Of a stretch of 64,000 bases of DNA, positions 10,979 through 22,113 are shown in pieces. Positions within the stretch are counted from its first letter, which is position 1. Every line of letters begins with the position of its first letter. The notes under the pieces are model-generated. The model was not told the DNA's origin. It searched no databases and was given only the letters and a program-made list of their open reading frames with translations. Source of the DNA: Cyanidioschyzon merolae (lineage: Eukaryota); assembly GCA_000091205.1 (NCBI GenBank), contig AP006488.2; one strand, given 5' to 3'. The position numbers were made by a program, and so were the translations under genes.

Positions 10979-12964
10979 CTAACGCTCCCTCGAAACGCTC
11001 ATGATGCGCAGTGGATGTGCCTCGGTGTTGAAAACCCATTCATTCTTGATGTCAAGCGCTGCATCGTCCGAGAAGAGTAAATACGCGTACTTGAGCGTCT
11101 CTGCCAAGAGAAAACTTTCCATTTTGTCGATCGGTATCCGGCAGCCGTTGTCTGGATCTCTACAACCAACGTAACCGCCCGAGGGCACGCGGGTGTACCA
11201 TTCCATGGCCTGGAATATTGTCCATCCCCAGTCTCGGTATTTGGGGTCATGTGTCGCTCTCCAGAGATAAAACAGCGCCTCCAAAGTCTCCGGGCGCTGA
11301 TGGTAACCGCGCACATAGCTCCGAATCTGCACCAGGGGACGATCCGCGTAAGGCGAGTCTTGCGGCGAGGATGGCTGCACCTCGACGCTCTCGCTACTGA
11401 GGCCCGCATTCACCAGATACATTTCGAAGCAGAATCGAGCATGTTCACCGGCTAAGCGGAGAAGACGCTCCGCGCGATCGTTTCGAACGGAGGCGTCCCA
11501 TTGCTCGGGCGGCACCGCCAAGACAAATAGACTGGACGCGAAGCACGACAAATGATCGGGCTGGTGGATTTCTTCGCTATTCGAGAGCACGACCGGCCAG
11601 CTCACGTTCACAAAGCGCTTCAGCGGTTGCTTGAGTTGGTGTTGGCGTTCAGTCTGACGCGCTGGGTCGCTCGGTGACTCGAGCGTCTCGATCAGAACGC
11701 CGCGTCGGAAAACAATTCGTTCCAAAGCGTCGATGATGCGATCGCTTTCACGTCGCCAAAAGGGATCGGTACGACCGAGTTGAATGTAGGATTTGAGAAT
11801 GTATTCGTAGTATGAGTCACCGGCAGCGCCCAAATTCACAAAACGTACGATTTCGGCGGACTTGTTCACAAAGCTGCTCCCATCCGCACTGCTAAGGATG
11901 TTGTTTGGCAGGCCATCGAGCGGAGCTCGCGCGATAATATCGCGCAGAACCTGGTCAGCGCGTTCGGCAAGTCCTTTTAACAGAGGGTCCCGCGTGGCTG
12001 CGCCCAGCGCTCGAAACTCCAGTTGTAGCGTACCGCACTCGCTCAGGACGACTCGTTCCGCAGCTCGACAGGTCACGATGGTTCCGTTCTCGTCATCGGA
12101 TCCCGTACGCTGACTCCGGACTCGAAACCGACAAGATGGATGTGGCATGCGAGGCGGTGGACGCCCCAGGAACGCATGGGCAAATAAATGTCCCAGTTCT
12201 TCAGCCTTCTGGAGGAAGAGCGGGTCTCCACTAAGTTGGTAGGTAGAGAGGAGCCCCCCGAGCAGACGAATATTCATCTCGAAGATGGATACTGGCTCCG
12301 CTTTGGGTCTCGCAAATCGGTGCTCGGAACGCGCAAGCCAAGCTCGAGCGTCTCGAAACTCATCATGGAGCCCCATGAGGTACAGTGTGTCCAACGCATC
12401 GATCAGGGTCAGGCCGACTCCATTCATGCTGTCCTCGTAACTGTGCGAGAGCGGACGCAGTTCGTCGTGATCCCAGGCGTACTGGCGATACCCCCGCCAC
12501 GCGTGTTGCATCGCTCGACGCACCGCTTCCCTGCGCCGCTCGTTACGAGTCACGTCGTCCAAGAAGAGTTCGTTTCCCAGCGTCAGGTTTGGCCGCAGCG
12601 CCGGGGGCCACCGCGAGTAGGATTGATGGCGCCGCTGAGTCGAGCCCGCCGACAACGCCTTCGCCAAAAGACCGGGCAGCCTCGGCTGCAGACGCCCAGC
12701 CAACTCGTTTTCGTCATCAAGAGCTTGAGGACGCCCCACTCGATACATCCACAGAAGCAGTGTGAATACCGTGAGTGCGAGCAGCTGGCGATAGTACCGG
12801 AAACGGCTGAACGTGCGTTGCCAGCTGTTGATCGTGCGGTGCACCGTACGCCTTGTCAGACCAGGATTCAACCCGCAAAACGTGTTCATTGTTTTGGACC
12901 CACAAAAATCGAGCTCGTGGTAACTTGCCTTTGGGACATGTTGCTCGACTGGGCGCCACTGCAT
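10979..12964 (-). CDS. Mannosyl-oligosaccharide alpha-1,2-mannosidase (glycoside hydrolase family 47)
   Basis: 661-aa ORF with GH47 signature blocks VSIFEMNIRLLGGLLSTYQLSGDPLFL, GDSYYEYILKSYIQLG, EAHPLR and an N-terminal TM/signal anchor (LLALTVFTLLLWMY). This is the typical ER/Golgi class I mannosidase layout. Confidence 0.9.
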   Translation of the reverse strand: MQWRPVEQHVPKASYHELDFCGSKTMNTFCGLNPGLTRRTVHRTINSWQRTFSRFRYYRQLLALTVFTLLLWMYRVGRPQALDDENELAGRLQPRLPGLLAKALSAGSTQRRHQSYSRWPPALRPNLTLGNELFLDDVTRNERRREAVRRAMQHAWRGYRQYAWDHDELRPLSHSYEDSMNGVGLTLIDALDTLYLMGLHDEFRDARAWLARSEHRFARPKAEPVSIFEMNIRLLGGLLSTYQLSGDPLFLQKAEELGHLFAHAFLGRPPPRMPHPSCRFRVRSQRTGSDDENGTIVTCRAAERVVLSECGTLQLEFRALGAATRDPLLKGLAERADQVLRDIIARAPLDGLPNNILSSADGSSFVNKSAEIVRFVNLGAAGDSYYEYILKSYIQLGRTDPFWRRESDRIIDALERIVFRRGVLIETLESPSDPARQTERQHQLKQPLKRFVNVSWPVVLSNSEEIHQPDHLSCFASSLFVLAVPPEQWDASVRNDRAERLLRLAGEHARFCFEMYLVNAGLSSESVEVQPSSPQDSPYADRPLVQIRSYVRGYHQRPETLEALFYLWRATHDPKYRDWGWTIFQAMEWYTRVPSGGYVGCRDPDNGCRIPIDKMESFLLAETLKYAYLLFSDDAALDIKNEWVFNTEAHPLRIMSVSRER

Positions 12965-14040
12965 GACGGGAGAAACGGTGAGACGCTTTTCTCCTCCAAA
13001 GTGTGCCCAGCCTTCAGTGGCACTTGCGTCCGCACTTCTTGATTGAGGATCCTAGCGCACGATGTACTGTAAAAGTCACCAAAAGATAAAATGATGTTCG
13101 TATAAAAGTTCCTTGCGTCCAGTATGAATACGGAAAAGCCGGGTGAAACAGTCCTGTGCCACGATTCGAAGAGAAAACGGGACAATTGCGGATTTTACGA
13201 ACGGCTCGCACGGACGGTAAGGCCCATGCGCCGAGAAAGCGCCGCGAGATCTCTCGCCACCACCAGCCCTGAAACGGATCGGAACGGCCGTGCTCAAGGC
13301 CTCTGGATAGATTTGACCAGGAAGATTTATTTTTATACTACATAGGAAGGTCTCGGGTAGAGACGCTTCCAGTTGGCTTTTTCTGTTTGCAATGTACGGG
13401 CCTCGACGAAGCCAGTCCACAGCCGATTCGCAGATGCCTCCGTGTTTCAGAGAAGTCAGAACATTGCAGCTTCTTATATCTGAGCAGCTTGACACTCAGC
13501 GCAACTTGTCAGTCGTCATCCGTTTCGGGCGGCTGCGCAGAACCATGAGGCGGCAAGCGCATTCGACGGCGCGGCACACGCATGCGACACCCCAGCGTGC
13601 ATCCGTGCACGACAAACGCAACGCCCCCAAGTATGACCTTCCACACTGGATCACTGGGAACTTAGAGGCATTCTGGAGGCAGCGGCCGTCTTTCCGCTGG
13701 TCACCAGCAGCATCCTCAGCACCTGTGTACCCGGATCAACGCAGGGCCAGTGCAAGGTTGCCGATCCTTCGAAAAGACGCTGGCGTACCGCCAGCGCACA
13801 GAGTGTAACCCGTACGAACAAACGCGCGCGCGTGTGCTGCGGCGGCTCGCGGCAAATGCGCCCGCGATTTTGAAACGCCGATCGGTGTGTGCGCGTCGAC
13901 TGCGCAAGCGCCGTTTCTCGTGGGCGAAAAAACCGCCAGTAGCGCTGGTTTTCTGTGAGTCGCCTAAGCGGTACTTGAGGACTGTCCAAACGCAACATCA
14001 GTGATGTATTCATGCACTTGCAGTCGAGTACGATGGGCAA

Positions 14041-14679
14041 GTGATGACTCCGGTGCGACCTCTGAGCGTGAAGACGTCTTTACGCGAGCCAGCGGGCTTT
14101 CGGCTACCGTTGACTCTAGATGAAGGCCGCACGCTTTTCGAAAAGCGTTCGGCGACGATGAGCGCCTCACGACCGAACACTTGCATCAACTTAGATACGC
14201 AGTGTAGATCCATTCTACGCGATAACAATCACCAAGCGATATCCTCGAGTGAAGCGACGCTCGCAAAGCGCGTGGCGACACTGAATGCGCTCATCGAAGC
14301 CATCGAGTACAGCAAGGCGATTTACGTGCACTACGACTACAGTGCCGCAGCTCGTGCTGGCGGTGCGATCGATTTGTTGCGCGTGAAGCAGGCAGTGGTT
14401 AAGGCTGCCGGTGCACTCGGTCTGCGTCGCTCCGTTGTGCAGACGTTGCAAAGCTGCTCACCAGAGACGCTGACCAACGAGTGGCTTCTGACGGTGGTGA
14501 TAGACGGCTGGTATCGACCGCCGTCGCCGTTACCGCGACCCGAGGAGGCATCGGGGAAATCTCTATATCCAGGTTCGGAAGCTGCAGAGCCGACTGTCGA
14601 GACGCAAACGGTGCGCAAGCCGCGCGTATCGCAGTCTATCGAGCGAACACGCGGTTTCTGTTGTTGTCGCTGCATGTAG
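14041..14679 (+). CDS. Hypothetical protein
   Basis: 212-aa ORF in a gap between flanking genes with no recognisable domain. The actual start may be an internal Met (MSASRPN at ~14158). Confidence 0.3.
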   Translation: MMTPVRPLSVKTSLREPAGFRLPLTLDEGRTLFEKRSATMSASRPNTCINLDTQCRSILRDNNHQAISSSEATLAKRVATLNALIEAIEYSKAIYVHYDYSAAARAGGAIDLLRVKQAVVKAAGALGLRRSVVQTLQSCSPETLTNEWLLTVVIDGWYRPPSPLPRPEEASGKSLYPGSEAAEPTVETQTVRKPRVSQSIERTRGFCCCRCM

Positions 14680-14705
14680 GATCGGTGTCCGCATTCGAGC
14701 CTCTG

Positions 14706-17700
14706 CTAGGCGTTTGGCTCCTCATCCAGTGCGTCGAGCTGGTGAATCAGTGCCCTGCATCTTGCGTGGATGGTTTCGTGGGTCCGGCAGCATTCGTGGA
14801 ACATGTTATCAGCTCTCGGAATGACAGCTAAAGCGCAGCTATAGAGTTGACCGAGAATCTCTTCATCGAGCCAGGAAAAGCGGCGCTGCAACAGTGCCTC
14901 GACGACGGATGACGCAATGTTCCGGTGTGCTGGGTACCAGCGTAACTGGATGGCTGCAGTGGCTGCCCCGCGTAATCTTTTGGGGTCCTGCGAACGCTGA
15001 GCGTATACTGAGGCCAAAGCCAGCGCTTTTGCACCACAGTGAGTATCCAGGAACTCGACACAACGCCAAGTACGGGGCAGAAGCGAGTACGCTCTCAATG
15101 CCGGCCACTGTAAACGCTTGAGCTGTGCTGAGGCTTCCGCAGGGCAGTCCCAAAACTTGTTGAGATGCGCAGCGATCACCAATAAACGTTCAGGACTTGC
15201 AAGCGCCAGCGATTGCACGAAAGACTTCAGTGCTAGCTTCGCACGTTCGTGACCGCCAGGGCTGGCAGAGGCCCACAGCATCCCGTCCAGAATCGCCAAA
15301 ACGCAATGTGCTGGAGTTTCATCAGCAGCGAGCGCTGCTTCAAAGACGCTGAAAATGTGCTCTTCTGCGTCCGTCAGTGGCTTGCGAAAATCACGCGAGA
15401 GAGGCACTGTCCCGTCTGCTAGCGCGAACAACTGCGCTAAACGCTCCCTTGCCAGTGCCCGGACACTGTCAACTCGATCGAAACAGAGAAACAAGAGCGA
15501 CGGTACGAGCGCGGAAGAAAGAGCTTCCCGTTGCGGTCCCGTTAACGCGGTCTGCCATAGAAACGGCAGCACCTCGAGTGCGGCTTCGCGTACCCAGCAG
15601 CCACTGTCACCTCTAGCCGAGGTGATGTGGAAGCACAAGGACGCCGTCCAAGTCTCTAGAAGTGCGTACCAGGCCTCTGTGCGCCTCGTAGCGTCCGTGT
15701 CGCTGCATACTTGTGTCTCTACCAGCAGCGGCAACGACTCGACGATAGCGCGCGCACTCGCATGGTCCTGGGCATCTGCACAACGCTGGAGCGTGTCCTT
15801 CAGTAACGCTATATCGGTCGAGTGCCCGCTTACGGCAACGAGGACACCAAGCAGGACACAGGCTGCGTACCTGCACGGGTCCGGAACAGACGAGCGCGAT
15901 CGCTGCAACTTATTGACGAGAAGACGACGCTTTCTCGGCAGGTGAATTGTATGCACACATTGTTGGCGCCAGTGCGAAACAAGATCCGAACGCAAGCGGT
16001 TATGTTCAAAGTAGAGGAAAAGTGCCCGGCGCGCAACGGAGGCCAAGGCTGCAGCATGGTGCTCCAGCGAGCGCAGCAAATAGTCCGGTACGAGAGGATT
16101 GCAGCTGATGCACTCATGGCCGACTTCAAGCAGGGCAAGCAGCAGATCACAACGTGCACGTACGATATGCTCTGCCTCGGACTCGGTGTGAACTTGAACG
16201 GCGCATTCCATCCAGAGTGGTAGGTTGTCCAGCGGAAGCGTCATTGGCTCCGGCGTTCGTCGTGCAAGCGCACCCAGAAAGCACAGCGCTCCGTGATGCG
16301 CAGCCGCCGTGTTCTCCGTAGCCTTTCCTGTTGCGTACATCCAACACAGCTCCAACACCGCAGGCAGCGCCGTTGATACGTCTCTCGCAAACCCGCGCTC
16401 TGTGCCATCTGCCGCCGATATCGCAGCAACAGACGTCCCTGCGGTCGATACCGATCGTTCGGGCGGTGCCGCAGCAGATGCGCCCGTGAAGACATCAACC
16501 AGGGCTCTGGCTGCTCGGAATCGGATCAACGGGTCTGGTGAAACGAATAACTTGTACCGGAGCAAGTAGCACTGAATCTCGCCGGCATATTGCTGCCCGG
16601 CAGTGGCGCACAAGGCGTTGGTGAGTAAACCAAACGTAGCGTCACAGTCGGCAACACTGTAGAAGTTGACGCGATCTGCAAGGAATAGTGCGCATGGTAC
16701 AGAATCACCCCAGCGACCAGCGCATTCCTGGAGCGCTGCTGCTGCCGCTCGTCTGCATTGCACTTCACGATCATAGAGTGCGGTACATAGCAGAAGGGAG
16801 GCGATGTCGCGGCTCATCTCGCTACATGCTGTTGATGGCAAATACCGCGCGAAGGACCAGAAGACGTAGCAGGCCGCATCGCGAAGGGCCTGGTCTTCAC
16901 GCCGCAGATGATCGGGGCGTTCTAGTCCAGCTGTGAGCGCGCTGGACGTCCAGTCTATCAGGCCGCGGAGATCACCCAGAGGAACGAGTTGTGCACGCGC
17001 CAGTTCCGCGAGAAGCACACACGCACTTTGGCAGGCAATGACATCGCTTGTGCTGGTGTTTCTAATCATGTCCAGCAACTGCACAACGAGGTCGCTGTGT
17101 GCTTCCGCCGGCATCAGCCTGACCAGACCGGCGACAGCAGCAGCGGCAGCCCAGCGCGAACGGGTGTCCGCAGATAACCATATTTTTACCAGGTTCTCAA
17201 GTACCTCGAGGACTTGTGCGAGCACATCGCTTCCCCTCTGAAGCGTCAACAGACATCGACCAAACTGTTTCAGAAGCTTGACACGGGCATGCCCTGTGAG
17301 GATCCGGTACCCTGCACCGAGAAACACTTGGATGATCGGCATCATGGACTGCAGATCCTGTTCATTTCGGGCATGTTTCAGGAGCAACGCGAGATGATAG
17401 CAGAGATTCTGGAGAGCATGGGCTGCGTCATGTGCCAACTGCCTGTTGATTTCGCTGGCCAGCCAGCGCAGGTGCTCGTCGAATAGCCTCGAGGTGGAAG
17501 GTCGCATGTCACGCGTCACCAGTCGACTCATGAAACGGGATGCAGGTACTGCAGCAGCGCTGGCGGCGATCAGCCAGCTCCGTGCAACACCCAGGAGGCC
17601 ACTCGTCAGCTGTTCGTCAAGTGCGAACGGAGCTTGCGCCGCCAACTCCGCCCAACCGAACAACACGTAGGCGACTTGCCAAGGTGTCGTAACCGGTGTT

Positions 17701-18062
17701 TGAATGGGATGTTCCTTCAGCATCAGTTGGAAAAGCCAAAGTACTGTCGGGCGCTCGACTGGAAGCAGTTGGCAGACAGAGGCTAGACCTCGGACCTTGC
17801 ATAGCCGGTAAAACGCGTCGCAGGCGAGGTAACCGATGTTGTCGCATGTTATAGGCTTCTCAAGCGCGCTTCTGAGCACTCCAGCGAGTGTCGTTACAAG
17901 GCGCTCAAGAACGGCGTCCAGTACCGTCCCGTCCTCTTGAAAGGTCTCGATGAGCGTCGCGAGTTGCGCGTACGCATCGCTCTCGCCCAAGCACGACGTT
18001 CGTAACCACCGCTCAATCGCTGCACACTCTGGAACCGCCGCAGAAGTTTCGCTGTCCGCCAT
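14706..18062 (-). CDS. TBCD: Tubulin-specific chaperone D (tubulin folding cofactor D), HEAT/ARM repeat protein
   Basis: 1118-aa all-helical repeat ORF. The block LLCTALYDREVQCRRAAAAALQECAGRWG matches the TBCD-diagnostic [22 protein letters not shown]. Length and repeat architecture are consistent. Confidence 0.8.
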   Translation of the reverse strand: MADSETSAAVPECAAIERWLRTSCLGESDAYAQLATLIETFQEDGTVLDAVLERLVTTLAGVLRSALEKPITCDNIGYLACDAFYRLCKVRGLASVCQLLPVERPTVLWLFQLMLKEHPIQTPVTTPWQVAYVLFGWAELAAQAPFALDEQLTSGLLGVARSWLIAASAAAVPASRFMSRLVTRDMRPSTSRLFDEHLRWLASEINRQLAHDAAHALQNLCYHLALLLKHARNEQDLQSMMPIIQVFLGAGYRILTGHARVKLLKQFGRCLLTLQRGSDVLAQVLEVLENLVKIWLSADTRSRWAAAAAVAGLVRLMPAEAHSDLVVQLLDMIRNTSTSDVIACQSACVLLAELARAQLVPLGDLRGLIDWTSSALTAGLERPDHLRREDQALRDAACYVFWSFARYLPSTACSEMSRDIASLLLCTALYDREVQCRRAAAAALQECAGRWGDSVPCALFLADRVNFYSVADCDATFGLLTNALCATAGQQYAGEIQCYLLRYKLFVSPDPLIRFRAARALVDVFTGASAAAPPERSVSTAGTSVAAISAADGTERGFARDVSTALPAVLELCWMYATGKATENTAAAHHGALCFLGALARRTPEPMTLPLDNLPLWMECAVQVHTESEAEHIVRARCDLLLALLEVGHECISCNPLVPDYLLRSLEHHAAALASVARRALFLYFEHNRLRSDLVSHWRQQCVHTIHLPRKRRLLVNKLQRSRSSVPDPCRYAACVLLGVLVAVSGHSTDIALLKDTLQRCADAQDHASARAIVESLPLLVETQVCSDTDATRRTEAWYALLETWTASLCFHITSARGDSGCWVREAALEVLPFLWQTALTGPQREALSSALVPSLLFLCFDRVDSVRALARERLAQLFALADGTVPLSRDFRKPLTDAEEHIFSVFEAALAADETPAHCVLAILDGMLWASASPGGHERAKLALKSFVQSLALASPERLLVIAAHLNKFWDCPAEASAQLKRLQWPALRAYSLLPRTWRCVEFLDTHCGAKALALASVYAQRSQDPKRLRGAATAAIQLRWYPAHRNIASSVVEALLQRRFSWLDEEILGQLYSCALAVIPRADNMFHECCRTHETIHARCRALIHQLDALDEEPNA

Positions 18063-18770
18063 AGAGCGACTTTCAGTGGCTGTTTTCCGGTGGACCTGCT
18101 TTGACAGGTTGAGAAAGGTGCAGCGGCTGTCTCAGATCGCTTCGCCGAGAACACCGAGCGCCGTCGCAAGCAAGCCCAAAGGCCGGCGTGCAACGGCCTC
18201 GAAACGCCTCCGCTACAAAGCTCGTTTTGTTCCAGTGCACACTGGACGCGTCGAATTCCACTGATCTGAGGGCGCGATCACCGCCACAGTCGATGTGGCA
18301 AGCGTCCTTGGCTAGACCGCGGTCGCGCCTGCGTTCCTGCAGAGAAGCACCCCAGAATGGGGATGATGTGCGCAGGTGTTTGCGCGCGCACTTTTGCCGC
18401 GCGCGATTTCGATTTTATCGCCTTCAACGCTTATCTGCTTCACTCTGCTGCGGTGTAGAGCCGGAGATCGACGTCACGGTAGAATGTACCCTATAGACCG
18501 TAGACGGACTGCTTGTGGGATATATATTGTTTAATGGTCAGTACAAGAAGGACTGCATTCTCTCTTCAGCATGGTCACACCACAGTACTCAGATGGGTAC
18601 GGAAGACTGCGGGAAAAAGAGTATGCGCTTGGCCCCATAAACCGATATTATGAAAGACTGGCTGCGGTCAATGGTCGAAATCGACCCGTTAATGACCTTA
18701 CGGAATGCAAAACGAGGTGGTGGCCGACATGTACGTTTCTGTTTCTCAACAGATTGTTCATGTTGTCTTG

Positions 18771-19627
18771 AAAACATATGAATACAATCGCGAAAGGAGC
18801 GTCAGATTTCACCCGAGGTCATCTACCGACATCGAAACGACAGCGTTCCTGGAACAAAGGGATCAATATGGAGCACAGGGACGTCGATTTGTTTTTCTCA
18901 GACGATGGGACTTGTTTCGGACGAAATGGTCAGGGCGCGAATGGGTACTCGCGGAGCAGGGAGCCCGTTGTATGTACAATCGAACTAGAAGGTAGCTAAG
19001 GCATCATCATCTGTTCTAGATACAGTTGGTTCACGTAGCGGCCGCAGTATCGTTCGTACAGGAGGCTCATCCAACAGCATCAACGACTTTGTCGAAGTAC
19101 TCGAACTTCTTTCCTTGACGTCCAGAAACGCACTGCTTTGGATGCCGTGGCATCTCATCGTTTCCCTTGCGTTCGAGCTTTTGCCGATTCTATCGGGGTA
19201 GAGCTGCGTTTCATTCCTTCGTACGCTTTGTGGTCCAATCGCATAAAAAGGAGTGTTGCCTGTCGTGAAACGTAGTGATCGCTCCACTGGACGAATCGCT
19301 GAAGCGTTCATCACACGGGGACATATTAAGGCACATTTCGTGTTCCTTGAGCCAGTCCTGCTCGCTCCGGGAACGTCCTCACCACAACCTATAAAAAACT
19401 GCGTTCGTTTTCAAAGAATTAAGGTAGAGCCACGATGCATAATTCAGAAGTTCGACATGGAGAGAAGGCAGCGGAACGCTTCGGCGATAGCAGAGGACGC
19501 AGAGCTGACACAGCACCAAATGGTTCAGAGGGCGCGAGTTCTACGACACTTTGCACTGGTGAGTACAAACAGCGGCAATAAATGCATGGACTTCATGAAC
19601 CGCGACTTTAACGCTGCTATCAAGAAC
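18771..19627 (+). pseudogene. Degenerate TnpB/Fanzor-like (RuvC-fold, IS605 OrfB family) nuclease remnant; frameshifted
   Basis: Motifs appear in the expected N-to-C order across three reading frames: KTYEYNRERSVRFHP (cf. TnpB N-terminus KAYKFRLYP); RDVDLFFSDDGT (cf. RuvC-I GIDLGL...LSDGT); AIAEDAEL (cf. RuvC-II vvEDLn); LVSTNSGNKC (cf. vdPxxTSqxCsxCG); NRDFNAAIKN (cf. RuvC-III DRDxNAAxNI). The element sits in a locally lower-GC island (18.5-20.9 kb). Confidence 0.3.
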
Positions 19628-20968
19628 AGACGATTTGATAAGATGAAGACGAGACCCGTGGAGCAGACGCGAGCCAACCTTGTAGGGCAGCCTCTCAGTC
19701 TCGTAGTGTGCATGCAGATACTGAAACCGATAGCAGGCGGCCAGTCGACAAGCGCCCGGAGGAGGCGCCCGCGGATGGGCATCCATTTACCCTGCACGGT
19801 CGTGAACGTATTTTTGTTTCACTCAGGATTGCAAGGTGGAAGATCGAGGCATCGAACTGGAAATCCCGAACGTGTGACTGCTGCTGCTATACCCGGCCAC
19901 ATCGAGCGATGGAAACACCAGAATCGTTCACTGCTTGTCCGGCAGAATCGTTCGCAGTGTGTAAATTCGAGGATCTGCGTCTGTGCTGGACTGTTGAACC
20001 GTACCATACCAGTGCCATGATCCAGGCGAGTATCCAAATGGACTCCCTCACGGTTACTGAAGTTAACCTTATCGAAAATCTCCAGCGCTTCCGAGCAATG
20101 CCCCTACTGGGTACCAAACGAGTGCTTGGAAACGTTGTTCGATAAACAGATGCTACAAGTTCCAGAAGCGCGAAATGCTTCCGGATGTTGATCGAGGCGT
20201 TCAGGGCGCGGTGTGCAAAGTGTGGCGCGCATCGGGTCCTGGTCGACTCGTACCGTGGCAAGTCTGTCACCTTCGATTGCTTTGCCGTTCGGCGTTCGGT
20301 CAGCTTGCCGTTCACCACCTCGTGCGACAGTCTCTGGCTCAGCTGCTTCTTCTGTATCTAATTCAGGGTGCATCTGAGCTCGGTATGTGTGAATAAAGTA
20401 CAGGACGCGTGAAAGAAAACCGGTTTGAATCGATTCCTGCATCCGTGACTCATGATCACCATTCGTATCAACCGTACAGAAGCTTTCCATCTTGTGGCTA
20501 CTTTGATAGTCTTTTTTGGGAACGTATGGAGTAGTATGGATTGACGGAGAGTCAATCGCACAGAACGAGTTTTGCCACCTTCTGCTTTGGGTGCACGACA
20601 TTCAGAATACGGAGCACGAGAACTGCGCTTTATCTAATGATTGAACGCAGAGTGACTGGCGGGCAGAAATCAAGCCGGTTTGCGCAACCTAGCAGTGATA
20701 GCATGCAGACGTTCTGCTCGACATTCCTGCAATCTACAGCATACATTCCTTTTCTTGCATACCTGCAAGAAAAACAAACAGGGCGAGCTGATATAGGTAT
20801 TCCAGAATTCATTACCCTGAGTATCGCAACGGACCTAGAGGCGCGGGCACCCACTTCCGGGCCAAGCCATCTTTCGATGACGCCGCTCTGTGGTATGCGC
20901 AACATTCGCCGCAAACGAACATGAAATGCACACCGCTCCGTCGATATCGTACCCGAGGGCATGTACTC

Positions 20969-22105
20969 CTAGGTCGACGTTGTTTCTATCGTCTCCAAGG
21001 GTAGTTCCATGCAGGCACCATACTCTGCCCAGCTCCCGTCGTAGATGGCACACTCGGGAATCCCTAATTCATGTAACGCTAGCGCTATGATAGCTGCAGT
21101 GACCCCAGAGCCACACGACGCAACCAGCTGTGGCGATTGCGTGTTCGCGTCTGCTGCTGGAGACGGCACCGCAAGATGCTGGACGCAAGATGAGAAGATT
21201 TGGCGCAACTCGGATACGGGTCGCAGAGAGCATCCCTCATTGCATACAAGTGACTCGTACGGGACGTTGTAGGCTCCGGGAATATGGCCCAGTCGTAGAC
21301 CTGGTCGAGGTTCGGGTTCCTCTCCGCGAAAGCGACCCCGTGAACGCGCATCCAGAAGCCGGATTCGTCGACTTCCCGCAAGATAATCGCAGATTTCCGT
21401 ACGCGAACAAACGAGCTCTCGTCGAAAGCGCAGCGGGAACACGGCACTCGAGGGTGCGGCCTCCGAGTCGCCGCTTCGCGGCGATGGCGTACCAGTTTCT
21501 AGTTCATACCCAGCATTTATCCAGGAACGAAAGCCACCATCAAGTACGAACACTCGATCAATACCAAAGACGCGAAACATCCACCAAGCCCGAGCAGCTG
21601 CAATGAATGCCCCGTTCCGGGCATAGCAGACGATGGCGGTGTCAGCAGGGTCAGGTGTTCGAGGACGAATACGAAGACGTTCCAAACACTCGCGAAAGGC
21701 TTCTGCGCTTCGCGGAAGCATATGAGGGAGCGGGGTTTCTTTATCGGCTACTTCGTCGATGTCAAAGCGAATCGATGTGGGTATCCGCGCCTTGGTGAAC
21801 TCGGCAGCAGCGTCCTTTCCAGCCGAAGGCATGTACCACGTCGCGTCCAGTACGCAGCAGCGCTTCAGTTCCGCTCTGAGCCAGGCTGGAGAAACCAACG
21901 CTGAAACCCACATTTTTTTAAAAGCAAAGAGCAAGAGCGAACGCAGGTTGCTCTGGACGTGACCTGAGTCAGCGAAATGCCTTCGCAAAACGCCGCGTCT
22001 GGTGCGTTCGAGCAGCGCACTTAGAAACGGTGCCCGAAGCGTCGAGGCCAACGACGACGACGCGTCCCTGTCGCTTAATTCGAGGCTGAAGAGCGTTCCG
22101 TGCAA
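20969..22105 (-). CDS. MPST: 3-mercaptopyruvate sulfurtransferase (tandem rhodanese domains); mature start may be the Met at 21913
   Basis: Two rhodanese domains: VLDATWYMP...ARIPTSIRFDIDEV...VLDGGFRSW and LLDARSRGRFRGEEPEPRPGLRLGHIPGAYNVPYESL. The active-site loop CGSGVTA is the MST-type CG(S/T)GVTA, not the TST-type CRKGVTA. C-terminal IYDGSWAEYG. The 64-codon N-terminal extension may be a presequence or UTR read-through. Confidence 0.85.
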   Translation of the reverse strand: MHGTLFSLELSDRDASSSLASTLRAPFLSALLERTRRGVLRRHFADSGHVQSNLRSLLLFAFKKMWVSALVSPAWLRAELKRCCVLDATWYMPSAGKDAAAEFTKARIPTSIRFDIDEVADKETPLPHMLPRSAEAFRECLERLRIRPRTPDPADTAIVCYARNGAFIAAARAWWMFRVFGIDRVFVLDGGFRSWINAGYELETGTPSPRSGDSEAAPSSAVFPLRFRRELVCSRTEICDYLAGSRRIRLLDARSRGRFRGEEPEPRPGLRLGHIPGAYNVPYESLVCNEGCSLRPVSELRQIFSSCVQHLAVPSPAADANTQSPQLVASCGSGVTAAIIALALHELGIPECAIYDGSWAEYGACMELPLETIETTST

Positions 22106-22113
22106 CCAGAAGA

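Noticed and set aside
12188-13042. Long ORFs antisense to real genes (12188-13042 opposite mannosidase; also 15355-15945 opposite TBCD, 38332-39393 opposite lipase, 59853-60641 and 61814-62701 opposite formin, 3483-3965 opposite the 3505 ORF)
   Set aside because: High GC and low stop-codon frequency give long open frames on the antisense strand of real genes. They have low-complexity composition (Arg/Ala/Ser-rich) and no domain similarity, whereas the sense strands carry unmistakable conserved proteins.
8298-22105. Apparent clustering of sulfur/redox genes (glutathione synthetase and 3-mercaptopyruvate sulfurtransferase within ~12 kb) as a functional island
   Set aside because: Unrelated genes (mannosidase, TBCD, the TnpB-like remnant) intervene, orientations are mixed, and eukaryotic genomes of this density place unrelated genes adjacently. 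It is treated as coincidence.
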